Positions 9,027-18,147 are shown, counted from the stretch's first letter. The stretch: DNA of 55,231 nt from an uncultured virus (IMG/VR IMGVR_UViG_3300008267_000028) (IMGVR_UViG_3300008267_000028); one strand, 5' to 3'. Notes: a model not told the origin generated them from the sequence alone. Numbers and translations: made by a program.

Positions 9027-10245
9027 GGTAGCGGGCTGCCACGCGGGTCGTCATGTCGCCAGCCGTTCGACCTTCCGTGTACCAGTTGATGGCCTTACCG
9101 CCGAGTTCGGGCAGGGGGCGGGGCTTCCAATGACTGACGAGTGCTTTCAGCGGAGCGATGGTTTTTTCAATATGTTCGATTTGCCGTTCCAACGTCGTGC
9201 CGTACTCTTTGACCGCGTAATCCCATTGTTTGGAGTCTGGCGTCAGTATGACGGACTCGCGGAAACCATACCATGCCGAGTCAATCTTTGTGGTCTTTCC
9301 GGCCTTTAGGTCGCGTAACTTGTCCTTGTAGTCGTCGATTTTCGACAGACTGACGCTCAAGGCAACCTTGGTGGCGTGGTCGGATAACTCAAAGGGGGGT
9401 AATCCGGCCCCCGTACACTCCCGCTCAACGTACCCTCCACCGGGGCGCTCGTATCCGTGCATGACCATCACAAGACTGCCGCCTTTTGATCGAGTCTTAT
9501 AGACGCCGAAACACACGCCGCACGTCCCCAACCCGCCGCTGCCCCTTGCTTTGCTAGGCTTGTCCGTACCTTTCTCGACGCCCAGCGCGTTGGCCGCGAG
9601 GTCGTCCCAATGGACCTTATCCCGCAACCACTTTTTCGCAGCGGAGGCGTCGTAAAACTTTTCTGTATGCCCCGCCAATGACACGATAAAGTACGGGTAC
9701 GCTCGCCACCCGTGGTGTATGAGTCGGAACCCCTGCCGTTCTTTTCTAAGCTCGATGTGAGAGTTTGCACCGTCGTATGGCCTGATGTCAGGGGGCGGTC
9801 GGTCATAAAACTTTATGTTGTATTCTCTAACGTAATCGTCTGCCTCGGCCTGAGCCTCCTCTTTGGTGGGGTAGTGTGTGTTGTTGGCAGAAGCAGATTC
9901 CCGTATCTCTAATTTTTCATCAAATGTCCCACCAAGGTGCGAGACGATTGCCTCGATTTCGGGCAACTTTATCCCGGTTGTGGCCCCTTCAACGACCTTG
10001 AGTAACAAGTCCTCAATTTTTTTGGGCTTCGCCGCGTGCCTGTTGTCCATCATGGCTTTCTTCTCCCAATGTGAAAACTGGCCGTTCCCGTACCACACGG
10101 GGCGGCCACGCTTGGCCTTGAGGTCGGAGATCAGCGTACCCGCGTCGATGGAGGTCAGCTTGTCCCAATCCGGCTCGTCCGCACCCACCTGCCCGAGGAG
10201 GTGCTTCAAGTAACTGACCTGCGAGGGGGTGGCTGGCTTACTCAT
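9001..10245 (-). CDS. modular hypothetical protein (ATPSQ N-domain, CxxC/H/C Zn-binding C-domain)
   Basis: GTCGVC...MHGY...CTG; ends RTAGDMTTRVAARYL; alternative start 10257. Confidence 0.7.
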   Translation of the reverse strand: MSKPATPSQVSYLKHLLGQVGADEPDWDKLTSIDAGTLISDLKAKRGRPVWYGNGQFSHWEKKAMMDNRHAAKPKKIEDLLLKVVEGATTGIKLPEIEAIVSHLGGTFDEKLEIRESASANNTHYPTKEEAQAEADDYVREYNIKFYDRPPPDIRPYDGANSHIELRKERQGFRLIHHGWRAYPYFIVSLAGHTEKFYDASAAKKWLRDKVHWDDLAANALGVEKGTDKPSKARGSGGLGTCGVCFGVYKTRSKGGSLVMVMHGYERPGGGYVERECTGAGLPPFELSDHATKVALSVSLSKIDDYKDKLRDLKAGKTTKIDSAWYGFRESVILTPDSKQWDYAVKEYGTTLERQIEHIEKTIAPLKALVSHWKPRPLPELGGKAINWYTEGRTAGDMTTRVAARYLEAVHVDG

Positions 10246-10552
10246 CGTCGTCACCATCGGGATCGAACGCTAGGACGGCCCCGCCAGCGGGTGCCTTGGC
10301 GGCCTCCTGCTCCGCGAGCGCCTTGTCCTTCACGTCCTTACGCCAAATCTTGAACAGACCGAACACCTTGTTCTGCTTGCGGCCCTTGGGGATCGGCTCG
10401 ACCTCGACGGTCGGGTTCCCCCACTTGTCCTGGCCGAACGCCACAACTTTCCCAACGTGGTTCTTGTACTTGCCATACAGGATCACGTCGCCCACGTTGA
10501 AGTAGGCGGCACGCAGGAACCGTGCGGCGACTCGTAGGGCTGTGAGGCTCAT
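10238..10552 (-). CDS. small SH3/KOW-like protein with RVAARF leader
   Basis: FNVGDVILYGKYKNHVGKVV beta-barrel pattern. Confidence 0.65.
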   Translation of the reverse strand: MSLTALRVAARFLRAAYFNVGDVILYGKYKNHVGKVVAFGQDKWGNPTVEVEPIPKGRKQNKVFGLFKIWRKDVKDKALAEQEAAKAPAGGAVLAFDPDGDDDE

Positions 10553-10575
10553 GCAGAGGACTTCCTAACAGGACT

Positions 10576-11832
10576 TTACCTGTCGGCGTTGAGGTTGCCC
10601 TGCACGGACCAAGCGAAGTCCAACTGAACGTCGTTGACGAACATCGTCGAGTTCATGTCGATGTACTGGTCAGTCGTGTAGCCCAGCCGCCCAGAACTCG
10701 TCGCCAAGGCGTGGCACGCCATGCAGTTGGTCTGCACACCGTACTGGAAGTCAGGTTGGAACTGGTTGGGCTGCTGAAAAACCTTCGGGCCGAACCCCGC
10801 CTCAAGGTACGGGTTGTAGGCGATGACGGGCGTTGCACCCCTGTCGGTACCGCCCGTGACGGGCTGGTTGGGCCACACCATCGTGTAGGCCGCCGACACC
10901 GCGTAGTGGCGAGCCGCGCCCTTGACGGCCTCGGGCATCAACGAGGCATCCCGCCACGAACTCGGCAGGCCAGGGTTCGCGGGGTCAGCCGCCCAATAGA
11001 ACGTCTGCCAAGTCCAGTTCTTCATCTCCTTCGAGGTAACGTGCATGGCGACGAGTAGCGCGTAGTCACCGGCCTCGAAGTTATTGGTGTGGCCTCGGTC
11101 CTGTGCGTCGTTCAAGTAGTCGGCGGCCCGCTGGTCGAGTCGGAAGTGAATGAAGTCAGAGGCGTTGCAGGTCGCGGCCTCGACCTGCTGGGGGGTCGGG
11201 TTGTCGCCCGTGACCGGCACGATCCCCTTGCCGCTCGGCTGTCCGTTGTCGAGGTCAACATACACGAACGTCGTCCACGCATCGTACTTCCACGCCTTCG
11301 CGGGGTTGGGCGTCGTCGTCCAACTCGGGAGCCGCACCAGCCCGTGCTGCTTACCCACGACGTAGTAGGTGGGCTTGGTGGTGATGGCTCGAACGGGGAA
11401 CTCGGGAACCTTCCCAATGTCACCCGCCACGAGGTACCGATCCAGCACACTCTGGTTGAACAGGAGGTTCGACGTTGCAAAGCACGCAGCGTCGGGACTG
11501 TAGGCGACCGTCTCCATGATGTGGAAGTCGGCACCCGCCAACGCCAAAAGCCCGCCGTGTGCGAACTGGCGGGGCTGCTTCATCTTCGGGGTACCGCCGT
11601 GTGAGGTACGGCAGCCAGCCTCTCGGTCCCCAAGGGCTGCCGCGTTAGCGAGGTCGCCCACACCCATCCACGTCTGGTAGGTCAGAAGGGTCTGACCCTC
11701 GTAGGTCTGGGGGGTCGGCATCGTCAGCCCCGCCCAGATACCCCACGCATGGCGCGTGACGGAGTTGGTATCCTTCTGGTCGAGCCACCCGTAGATGGTC
11801 TTTTGGCTCTCGGGGAACTGGAAGCCCTCCAT
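10576..11832 (-). CDS. c-type cytochrome-like protein (single C-terminal CxxCH)
   Basis: TNCMACH; LVAMHVTSKE..WTWQTFYW; no signal peptide visible. Confidence 0.6.
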   Translation of the reverse strand: MEGFQFPESQKTIYGWLDQKDTNSVTRHAWGIWAGLTMPTPQTYEGQTLLTYQTWMGVGDLANAAALGDREAGCRTSHGGTPKMKQPRQFAHGGLLALAGADFHIMETVAYSPDAACFATSNLLFNQSVLDRYLVAGDIGKVPEFPVRAITTKPTYYVVGKQHGLVRLPSWTTTPNPAKAWKYDAWTTFVYVDLDNGQPSGKGIVPVTGDNPTPQQVEAATCNASDFIHFRLDQRAADYLNDAQDRGHTNNFEAGDYALLVAMHVTSKEMKNWTWQTFYWAADPANPGLPSSWRDASLMPEAVKGAARHYAVSAAYTMVWPNQPVTGGTDRGATPVIAYNPYLEAGFGPKVFQQPNQFQPDFQYGVQTNCMACHALATSSGRLGYTTDQYIDMNSTMFVNDVQLDFAWSVQGNLNADR

Positions 11833-11925
11833 GCCGACAACAGGAAAGTCGGCAGCCTTTTGTGGTTGTGGCGACAGGAAAACCGCCGCTAAACTACCAC
11901 TAGGACATCAAAAGTAGAAAGACTA

Positions 11926-12073
11926 GCCGTTCCCTGTCTGGGGGTTGTTCTACCGACACGGACGCCGAGGGCAAACCTGGCGGTGCTGCCGCCCTCGACG
12001 ATAGGCCGTAAGGGCTACCGCCCCTCATCATGCTTACCCGGACAAGCATGGTCGGGGTCTAAGAACCGGGGAA
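11926..12073 (+). ncRNA. candidate structured ncRNA
   Basis: Nested pairings, three internal hairpins, plus-strand terminator with no plus-strand CDS upstream. Confidence 0.4.
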
Positions 12074-12112
12074 GGCCCGAGGGGTTGCCCACCCTCGGGC
12101 CTCTCGCTTTTT
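12073..12112 (+). terminator. intrinsic terminator (possibly bidirectional)
   Basis: AGGCCCGAGGG...CCCTCGGGCCT 11-bp stem then CTCGCTTTTT. Confidence 0.7.
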
Positions 12113-13055
12113 AGCGGGTCGCCTCATAGGCGTCGAGCAACCGCATGAACGTCTGGTAGGGGCCAGCCGAACCATCGTCCGTGATCGAGAACCCCGCCGC
12201 CGCCGTGTGGCCGCCGCCCCCGTGAGCCTTGCAGAAGGTCGCGCAGTTGAAGTCGGCGTGCGACCGCAGCGAGTAGATCAGCTTCTCGGTCCCGTTCTCG
12301 ACCTCATACGAGAACCCCACGATGACATCGACCTCGCGGCCCAGAACCTCTGCGGCGTCCGAGGTGTTGGAGAGGCTGTTGAAGATGATGGCCCGCGTAC
12401 CCTTTGAGGACTCGGCCCGCTTGCCGCCCTTGATGGACCGCTGCACGCCCTTGGCCTGACGGTCCACCAGCACAGGACCCAGCCACCCGTACCGCTCCGT
12501 CCACGAGGTAGCGAGGTCGGCCAGCGAGTTCTGCATCCACGCCGTCTGGGGCAGCATGAACATGACCTGCGCCTGCTCGATGGCCGCCGCCCACGACTCG
12601 TGCTTGTTCTGCCAAGTGTCGCGGATGCCCGTCAGCGTGGCGAACTTCTCGACCCACTCACGGAAGGCAGGGCTGCCCGTGGTGAGGGCCGACCAGACTC
12701 GGTAGGCCAACACGGCCCCGCTAACGCCAGGCTCCGCAGCCTCGTCCGCGAAGATGCCGTTGGGGCCGAAAGCCTCCACGGTCGCCTTGGCGGTCTTGTG
12801 GTGATCCAGCACCACCGCACCAGCGGCGACAAACTCCTCGACGCGGGCAGCGGGCGGCACGATGTCACAGAACAGCATATGCGGCTCGGCCCGCAGGTCC
12901 CTGAGAGCGTCCGTGCCATGCTGCACGAACACCACCTTGGCGTTGGGCAGGGCGTCCTTGAGCAGCATCGCAGACACGGTGCCGTCCGCACAGTTCTCGT
13001 GCGAGACGATCACGCGGGTCTGACGGATGGTGTCGAGCAGGGCAGGGGTCAGCAT
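12111..13055 (-). CDS. DHH/DHHA1 phosphoesterase (NrnB-like)
   Basis: HENCADG, DHH, SLRS, GGGGH..AAGF; start chosen from GAGG RBS and promoter position. Confidence 0.88.
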   Translation of the reverse strand: MLTPALLDTIRQTRVIVSHENCADGTVSAMLLKDALPNAKVVFVQHGTDALRDLRAEPHMLFCDIVPPAARVEEFVAAGAVVLDHHKTAKATVEAFGPNGIFADEAAEPGVSGAVLAYRVWSALTTGSPAFREWVEKFATLTGIRDTWQNKHESWAAAIEQAQVMFMLPQTAWMQNSLADLATSWTERYGWLGPVLVDRQAKGVQRSIKGGKRAESSKGTRAIIFNSLSNTSDAAEVLGREVDVIVGFSYEVENGTEKLIYSLRSHADFNCATFCKAHGGGGHTAAAGFSITDDGSAGPYQTFMRLLDAYEATR

Positions 13056-13085
13056 GGGGGTCCTCATCTGGGTGTGGTTGCCTCC

Positions 13086-13115
13086 CTCGTAGGAAGGGAG
13101 GCTCGTAGAAATCAA
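13086..13115 (-). promoter_or_regulatory. class I promoter TTGATT-N18-TACGAG
   Basis: Same motif and spacing as other copies. Confidence 0.7.
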
Positions 13116-13273
13116 CCGCCCGTCTGACTAGGGCCATCCTTGATGGGATGCTCGATGCCAAACGCCTTCTGGGCGGTGGCGTCGTGGATGATGGCTCCCC
13201 AATGCGGGGGCAGCACCTCCATGAGCGGGTGTGCAAACACGTTGTGGACGAACCGCCAAAGTCGAGCCTTCAT
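13112..13273 (-). CDS. 53-aa hypothetical protein
   Basis: MKARLWRFVHNVFAHPLME...; AGGAG RBS; fills the gap between genes. Confidence 0.7.
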   Translation of the reverse strand: MKARLWRFVHNVFAHPLMEVLPPHWGAIIHDATAQKAFGIEHPIKDGPSQTGG

Positions 13274-13284
13274 GATGCTGTCTC

Positions 13285-14010
13285 CTAGACGCCGGAAGTA
13301 AGGGCGTCCTTCTTTGCCCTTACAGCGTCGATCAGAGGATTCCTAAGCATGGGCGACCGCACCTCGTCGATGCGTTGTCGGTTCGATGTCCACCACGCCG
13401 TCAACATCTGGAGGTTGTCGAGGGCCGCCAACTCGCTCATGAGTTGCCTCTGGAGGTCATACTCCCCAAACTGGCGGGGAGGCTTCTTGAACTCCTCGGC
13501 CAACTTGGATTCGGATGCCTCTGGGACCTCGTGCAGCTTGTCGGTGATCTCGGTGACTTTCTTGGCCGCCTCGAAGGAACCCTCAAGGGCAGACTTGAAC
13601 TTGGTGGTCGCGGCCTCGTCCATCGAGAAGATGCCGTTCATGACGCCACGCAGGGCATCGAAGGCCGCCATGAAAGCCGTGAACTGAGCCTGGCTCCGCA
13701 TCGCGGGGATGGACTGCTGGAGAACACGCAGGAACCCTTGATCGCCCTCTAGGGGGGATGCCTTGGCGTTGTTGAGCCTCTCGGCCGTATCGGTGTTCTT
13801 CTGGTTTCGAGGGTCGGTCGCTTGGCGGTAGGCGTCCTCCTCTTTCTTGAGGGTGTCCACAAAGATCGACCCGATCCCCGCCAAGTCCTCCTTGTTGCCG
13901 CTCTCCACGATGGTCGCCACATACGCCTTGACGGCCTCGTTGAAGGCTTCCTCGCCCTTCTCAACGCGGATACGGTGGAACTCCTGTGCCTTCCTGACAA
14001 ACTCCTGCAT
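13285..14010 (-). CDS. hypothetical helical protein
   Basis: 241-aa ORF, operonic, GC3 bias. Confidence 0.75.
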   Translation of the reverse strand: MQEFVRKAQEFHRIRVEKGEEAFNEAVKAYVATIVESGNKEDLAGIGSIFVDTLKKEEDAYRQATDPRNQKNTDTAERLNNAKASPLEGDQGFLRVLQQSIPAMRSQAQFTAFMAAFDALRGVMNGIFSMDEAATTKFKSALEGSFEAAKKVTEITDKLHEVPEASESKLAEEFKKPPRQFGEYDLQRQLMSELAALDNLQMLTAWWTSNRQRIDEVRSPMLRNPLIDAVRAKKDALTSGV

Positions 14011-14013
14011 GAC

Positions 14014-14313
14014 TTACCCCTTGGGTTTTCTAGGTAGGCCCACGAGCCGCTTGTAGAATAGCTGGCTCAACACCTCGGCCTGCGGAACGTTGTTCGCCAT
14101 GAGGTGACTCTGGACGGTACCTCTGATGAGTTGTGCGCCCATGATCGGGTCGGACAGCACCTTCCAGCACGGGCCGCAGTAGTGGTAGGTGTCGGGCACC
14201 GTTGCGCCGCTCTTGCGGATGTGATCCTTCTCCTCATTCGTCAAGGTCACGGTGTGGCACTTTGCGTCGGGCCACTCACGATTACAGACACAGCACCGCA
14301 TGGTGGTCCTCAC
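14014..14313 (-). CDS. hypothetical Zn-finger protein
   Basis: CCVC...CGPC; 4-nt overlap with upstream gene. Confidence 0.7.
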   Translation of the reverse strand: MRTTMRCCVCNREWPDAKCHTVTLTNEEKDHIRKSGATVPDTYHYCGPCWKVLSDPIMGAQLIRGTVQSHLMANNVPQAEVLSQLFYKRLVGLPRKPKG

Positions 14314-14915
14314 AGGTCCTTGACGATCTCTCGGATGACGTCATTGGGGTCGATGCTGCCCTGCACGATCTTCTCAGCGATCAGTAAGGCTCGGCTGACG
14401 GGGAACGTGTAGGACGCGATCCCTGCCTGCTTGGCAAGCAACTCGACGTACCCAAGGTAATCCTTCATGACCTCATCCTTCGGGACCAACGTGGTCTTGG
14501 AACCCCAATTTGGCCCGTCGCAGTAGAACGGGTCACCCGTCGCCCACATCGTCCGACAATGGAACGGCCGCACCGAATAGACGGTGCATCGACGGTCCTG
14601 CAAGAGCGGGCACGGTAGGCCCATCAGCACCCAGACGGCGGGGGACAACAGGGTGGTCTTGTCGGCGTGTTCCTGTAGGGACTTCACAAAGGCGGGCGTC
14701 CACCGCCCCTTCTGGACGATCTCCCGATAGATCGGGATGGCTTCCATCAGATTGATCTCAATGGGGAGGTAGCAACAGTTGCTACACCCTGTGTGGCAGG
14801 ATACCTTCTTGTCTCGGCGCACAAGGCGTTCAAACGCCGCCCCTCGGCTGGCCGACTCGGCCTGCACGGAGCCGATGGCTTGTTCGGTGAGGACGGGCAG
14901 CTTGCGGCGACTCAT
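14310..14915 (-). CDS. YkgJ-family cysteine-cluster protein
   Basis: CHTGCSNCC...CPLL...CTVYSVRPFHCR. Confidence 0.85.
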   Translation of the reverse strand: MSRRKLPVLTEQAIGSVQAESASRGAAFERLVRRDKKVSCHTGCSNCCYLPIEINLMEAIPIYREIVQKGRWTPAFVKSLQEHADKTTLLSPAVWVLMGLPCPLLQDRRCTVYSVRPFHCRTMWATGDPFYCDGPNWGSKTTLVPKDEVMKDYLGYVELLAKQAGIASYTFPVSRALLIAEKIVQGSIDPNDVIREIVKDL

Positions 14916-15430
14916 CCCTCGTCCTCGTCAAACCGATCCCGTAGGAGTTGGTCATAGCCGGTCGGCGGGGCCGCCTTCTTGCGCGTCTGACGGGCAACCT
15001 TCTCGCCCATCGTCCCAAACGTCACGGGTATCTGGAGGGGCGTATCGGGGCCGTTCGACCAACTGACCAGTAGCGTCTCGGCTGGGACGATACCAAGGTT
15101 GGGATTCAAGTACACAGGACCGCCTGGACGAGCGGGATCGTTCGGCAACCACTCACTCAACAACGTGAGCGGCACCTTGCGGCCCCTGACGACGCGGGTG
15201 ATCCCCACCATGAAGCGACCCTTGGGGGAGTCCTTCACGATGGCGTAAGGCCACTCGGTCGCAGGGTGGCCCAGCACCTTGCAGGTGGGGTCCGTGGTGT
15301 CGAGGTCATGCGGGACCTCTATGACAGAAGCCTTGCCGTCCCAGAGGGTCGCAATCCGCAGATGGGCGTCGTCATACTGACGCACACACCATACTTGGTC
15401 TTGGACTTGAACGATGTCGCCTAGTTTCAA
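14912..15430 (-). CDS. hypothetical protein
   Basis: 4-nt overlaps on both sides. Confidence 0.7.
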   Translation of the reverse strand: MKLGDIVQVQDQVWCVRQYDDAHLRIATLWDGKASVIEVPHDLDTTDPTCKVLGHPATEWPYAIVKDSPKGRFMVGITRVVRGRKVPLTLLSEWLPNDPARPGGPVYLNPNLGIVPAETLLVSWSNGPDTPLQIPVTFGTMGEKVARQTRKKAAPPTGYDQLLRDRFDEDEG

Positions 15431-15762
15431 TGGAGGGTACCCTTCGGCAGGTAATCGTGAGGGTTGAAGGCCGCGTAGAACTCGGCCAGTTCCTCCTCCG
15501 CTCTTACACCGAGTCCCTCACAGGAAGCCTCGACAACTTTCATGGCTTCCGGCAACGCTGCCAACAGCAACATGAGGGCGTTCTCCCGTGACACGCCTCC
15601 CATGCCTTCGTCCCACTCCTGCGAGGCACCCCGCAGGAGGTCTGTCGTGGAGGACACCCCCTCGTAGGCGGGGTCCTTCTTGATCTTCTCGCAGTAAATG
15701 TGATGCCACAGAGAACTCTTGAGAAGGTTCTCTGCCAACAAGAGCAAGTCTTTGGCCGCCAT
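15427..15762 (-). CDS. hypothetical protein
   Basis: MAAKDLLL start preferred over 15804. Confidence 0.65.
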   Translation of the reverse strand: MAAKDLLLLAENLLKSSLWHHIYCEKIKKDPAYEGVSSTTDLLRGASQEWDEGMGGVSRENALMLLLAALPEAMKVVEASCEGLGVRAEEELAEFYAAFNPHDYLPKGTLH

Positions 15763-15772
15763 CGGAACCCCC

Positions 15773-15807
15773 ACCGTGTCCCGTCGAGGCGTCCGACGGG
15801 ACACGGT
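15773..15807. other. perfect 14-bp hairpin without U-tract
   Basis: ACCGTGTCCCGTCG-AGGCGTC-CGACGGGACACGGT just 3' of the histone-like gene. Confidence 0.8.
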
Positions 15808-15816
15808 AAGAGGCGA

Positions 15817-16827
15817 CTAGCCGCCGAAGGTAGCCCCGCCAAGGATGCCCGCGCTGCTGAGAATCTCATCAGCCGACATACTCTTGACGATCTCATCCGC
15901 AGTCATCTTGGGGGCGTCGGCCTTGACCTCGATCACCTTGGCGGCCTCGGGAGCGTCGGCCTTGACCTCAATCACCTTGGTGACACTGGCCTTGGCAGCA
16001 CCAGCCTTGCAGCGGTACACACCACGGCCCGCCTCCTTGACCCGCTCGAAGCGATCCTTCGCGCTCGACAACAGGTAGGCGATGTAGGGGAGCGGGTTGC
16101 TGGAGTTCGGCAGCCACCCCTTGGCCTTCAACTCCGTGAAGATGTCGGCAGCGTTCATCTGGCGGCTTCCCATCACCGTCTGCATCGCATCACGGATGGG
16201 GGGACGCTTGCCCGACGCCACCGCCTGCTGTCCAGCCTTGCGGGGGTTGCTGACCTTCGTGACCTTCGCGCCAGCCTTGGCGGTCTTGGCGGTCTTGGCG
16301 GCAGCCTTCTTAACCTTGGAGCCAGCGGTCTTGGCAGCCTTGGCAGCCTTCTTGGCCTCAAGGGCAGCCGCCTTCTTGGCAGCCTTCTCAGCCTTCTCGG
16401 CGGCCAGACGCGCAGCACGCTCGGCGTTCGTGGGGCGGCCCATCTTGCGACGGACCTTCACCTCGTCGGGGCGCATCGTCGTGGGCTTGGCCGCCACCTT
16501 CGTAGCCGCCTTTGCATCGGCCTTCGCAGCCTTGGTAGCCTTCGCAGAACGGCCACCCTTCTTGGCGGGCTTGATGACAACCGGCTTGGAGGCAACCGGC
16601 TTGGCCGCTGCACTCTGCTGACCCACCAAAGCCTGCTCGGCCTCACGCTGGATCGCATCGAGGCTCGCCAAGAAACGAACCTTCGCGGCAACCGTGGCCT
16701 CCGTAGCCTTGAGGTTGGCGACCAACGTGCGGAGGCTGTCGGCCATCTGCTGCTGCGACTTCTGCGCGGTAACGATGTCGCGGGCCAGATCGTCGCGGAT
16801 GCCCTTGATTGCCTTCATGGTACTCAT
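15817..16827 (-). CDS. histone H1-like Lys/Ala-rich DNA-binding protein with AT-hook and winged-HTH
   Basis: KAAK repeats, KMGRP, MNAADIFTELKAKGW...GRGVY; GAGG RBS before 16827. Confidence 0.75.
   Translation of the reverse strand: MSTMKAIKGIRDDLARDIVTAQKSQQQMADSLRTLVANLKATEATVAAKVRFLASLDAIQREAEQALVGQQSAAAKPVASKPVVIKPAKKGGRSAKATKAAKADAKAATKVAAKPTTMRPDEVKVRRKMGRPTNAERAARLAAEKAEKAAKKAAALEAKKAAKAAKTAGSKVKKAAAKTAKTAKAGAKVTKVSNPRKAGQQAVASGKRPPIRDAMQTVMGSRQMNAADIFTELKAKGWLPNSSNPLPYIAYLLSSAKDRFERVKEAGRGVYRCKAGAAKASVTKVIEVKADAPEAAKVIEVKADAPKMTADEIVKSMSADEILSSAGILGGATFGG
15914..15980. repeat. 28-nt direct repeat x2 (39-nt period) encoding KVIEVKADAP
   Basis: 15914-15941 and 15953-15980, one mismatch. 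Confidence 0.9.
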
Positions 16828-16913
16828 CTTGATCCTCGTCTGGGCCTTGTCGGGTGGTCCATCCACCCTCATCTCATTGACCCTCTGGGCAACAATCACC
16901 CTGTCACAAACTC

Positions 16914-17201
16914 TTAGCCATCATTTGTCAAATGGGCAAGCACCCTTTGCTGCTTAGAGGTAGCCCGCTTGACGTTGGTGTACCGACATTCACCCACTTG
17001 GTAACAAGTGGCCTGCACGTCGGGGCCAGCCCGTAACCCCTCGCAACTCCTGCACGTTTCCGTTCCGAAGTTGACTCGAAAGCGTAGCTGGGCGGCTTCA
17101 CGTTCGAGTTCTTGGTAGGCCGCCACAAACTTCCGCGCCTCTCCAAAAACAACGACGGGCGAGCCTGACCTAAAGGACTCCAAGAGGTCATCGGGGTTCA
17201 A
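16914..17201 (-). CDS. hypothetical Cys-containing protein
   Basis: TTG start overlapping upstream TGA; CRSC...C...C. Confidence 0.55.
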   Translation of the reverse strand: MNPDDLLESFRSGSPVVVFGEARKFVAAYQELEREAAQLRFRVNFGTETCRSCEGLRAGPDVQATCYQVGECRYTNVKRATSKQQRVLAHLTNDG

Positions 17202-17428
17202 CGCAGGGGGAACTCTCGGTCGATGTCCGTCTGGCAGATGATCCCCATGCGTCGGAGGGTCTGCTCGGACCTGCCGTTCGCGTAGGCGTCCTGCATCGCC
17301 GCTGTCGGACGCCCCAACTGTGTGAGCCTCCTGATAACGGCGTTCATGAGAACCCCCCACGCCTGCGAGGTCTGGGGGACGCGGCTGACCGTCTGGCCTG
17401 GCAACAGGTTGCGTGTTTTTTCGCTCAT
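17198..17428 (-). CDS. hypothetical protein
   Basis: 76 aa, tiles the operon. Confidence 0.6.
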   Translation of the reverse strand: MSEKTRNLLPGQTVSRVPQTSQAWGVLMNAVIRRLTQLGRPTAAMQDAYANGRSEQTLRRMGIICQTDIDREFPLR

Positions 17429-17431
17429 CCA

Positions 17432-17785
17432 TTACGTCCCTTGCCGGTTGATGGTTTCGAGGTACTGCTCGTCGAGTTGTCGGGCGCGGTCGAGGAACTG
17501 TGCCATTGGCATGGACGTTCCCGACACCTCATGGATGAGGACCAACAACGTCGAGCGGGTCTGCTCGGCTCGCTGCTGAACGTCCTTGATGCTGGCTTCC
17601 AATCCATGCAGGACGTGTTCCCACTCCGCATAGACCTGCTCCATCGCGGGGGCAACGTCTGCAACCTTCTGGAGGCGACCTTCGACCTCCTGTAGGCCAG
17701 GCGCCAACTGATTGAGCAACCCGATCATCTGGGCGGCCTGCTGCTTCTTGGACTGACGTGCAATCTTGCGGGCGAGGTTGCTCAT
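17432..17785 (-). CDS. hypothetical coiled-coil protein
   Basis: ATGA overlap with upstream gene. Confidence 0.7.
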   Translation of the reverse strand: MSNLARKIARQSKKQQAAQMIGLLNQLAPGLQEVEGRLQKVADVAPAMEQVYAEWEHVLHGLEASIKDVQQRAEQTRSTLLVLIHEVSGTSMPMAQFLDRARQLDEQYLETINRQGT

Positions 17786-18147
17786 TGGGCGAAGGGCGGC
17801 TGGCCTCGAAAGAGGCCGTAGAAGGGCGAGGAGGCGGGAGCCTCGTTCTTGTTGACCCACTTCTGCTGGAGGTCAGCCTCCTCGGCAGTTGTCAGCCGCT
17901 TGGTCTTGTTGGCGATGGCGAGCAGTTCGGGGTCGCTCGTGACCCGCAGGAGATCGGCACGCGCCTTCTCGTCCCGCTCCACAACGTCGATGACCTGCTC
18001 CCGCTTCAAGGTGTCGAGCAGGCAGATACCTGGGGCGTTCTCACCCCCATAGCCGCGCTCCACCCACACGTTGTTCACGGTGTCTCGGTCACACTTGGTA
18101 CGAACAGGCGCACACTCACAGGGCATCTGGTTACATCCACAACTCAT
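17782..18147 (-). CDS. hypothetical protein, Cys-rich N-terminus
   Basis: MSCGCNQMPCEC; GGAGGG RBS. Confidence 0.7.
   Translation of the reverse strand: MSCGCNQMPCECAPVRTKCDRDTVNNVWVERGYGGENAPGICLLDTLKREQVIDVVERDEKARADLLRVTSDPELLAIANKTKRLTTAEEADLQQKWVNKNEAPASSPFYGLFRGQPPFAQ

Noticed and set aside
11965..12000. c-di-GMP-I riboswitch (GGGCAAACC)
   Set aside because: No GAAA tetraloop hairpin or GCAAA second domain follows
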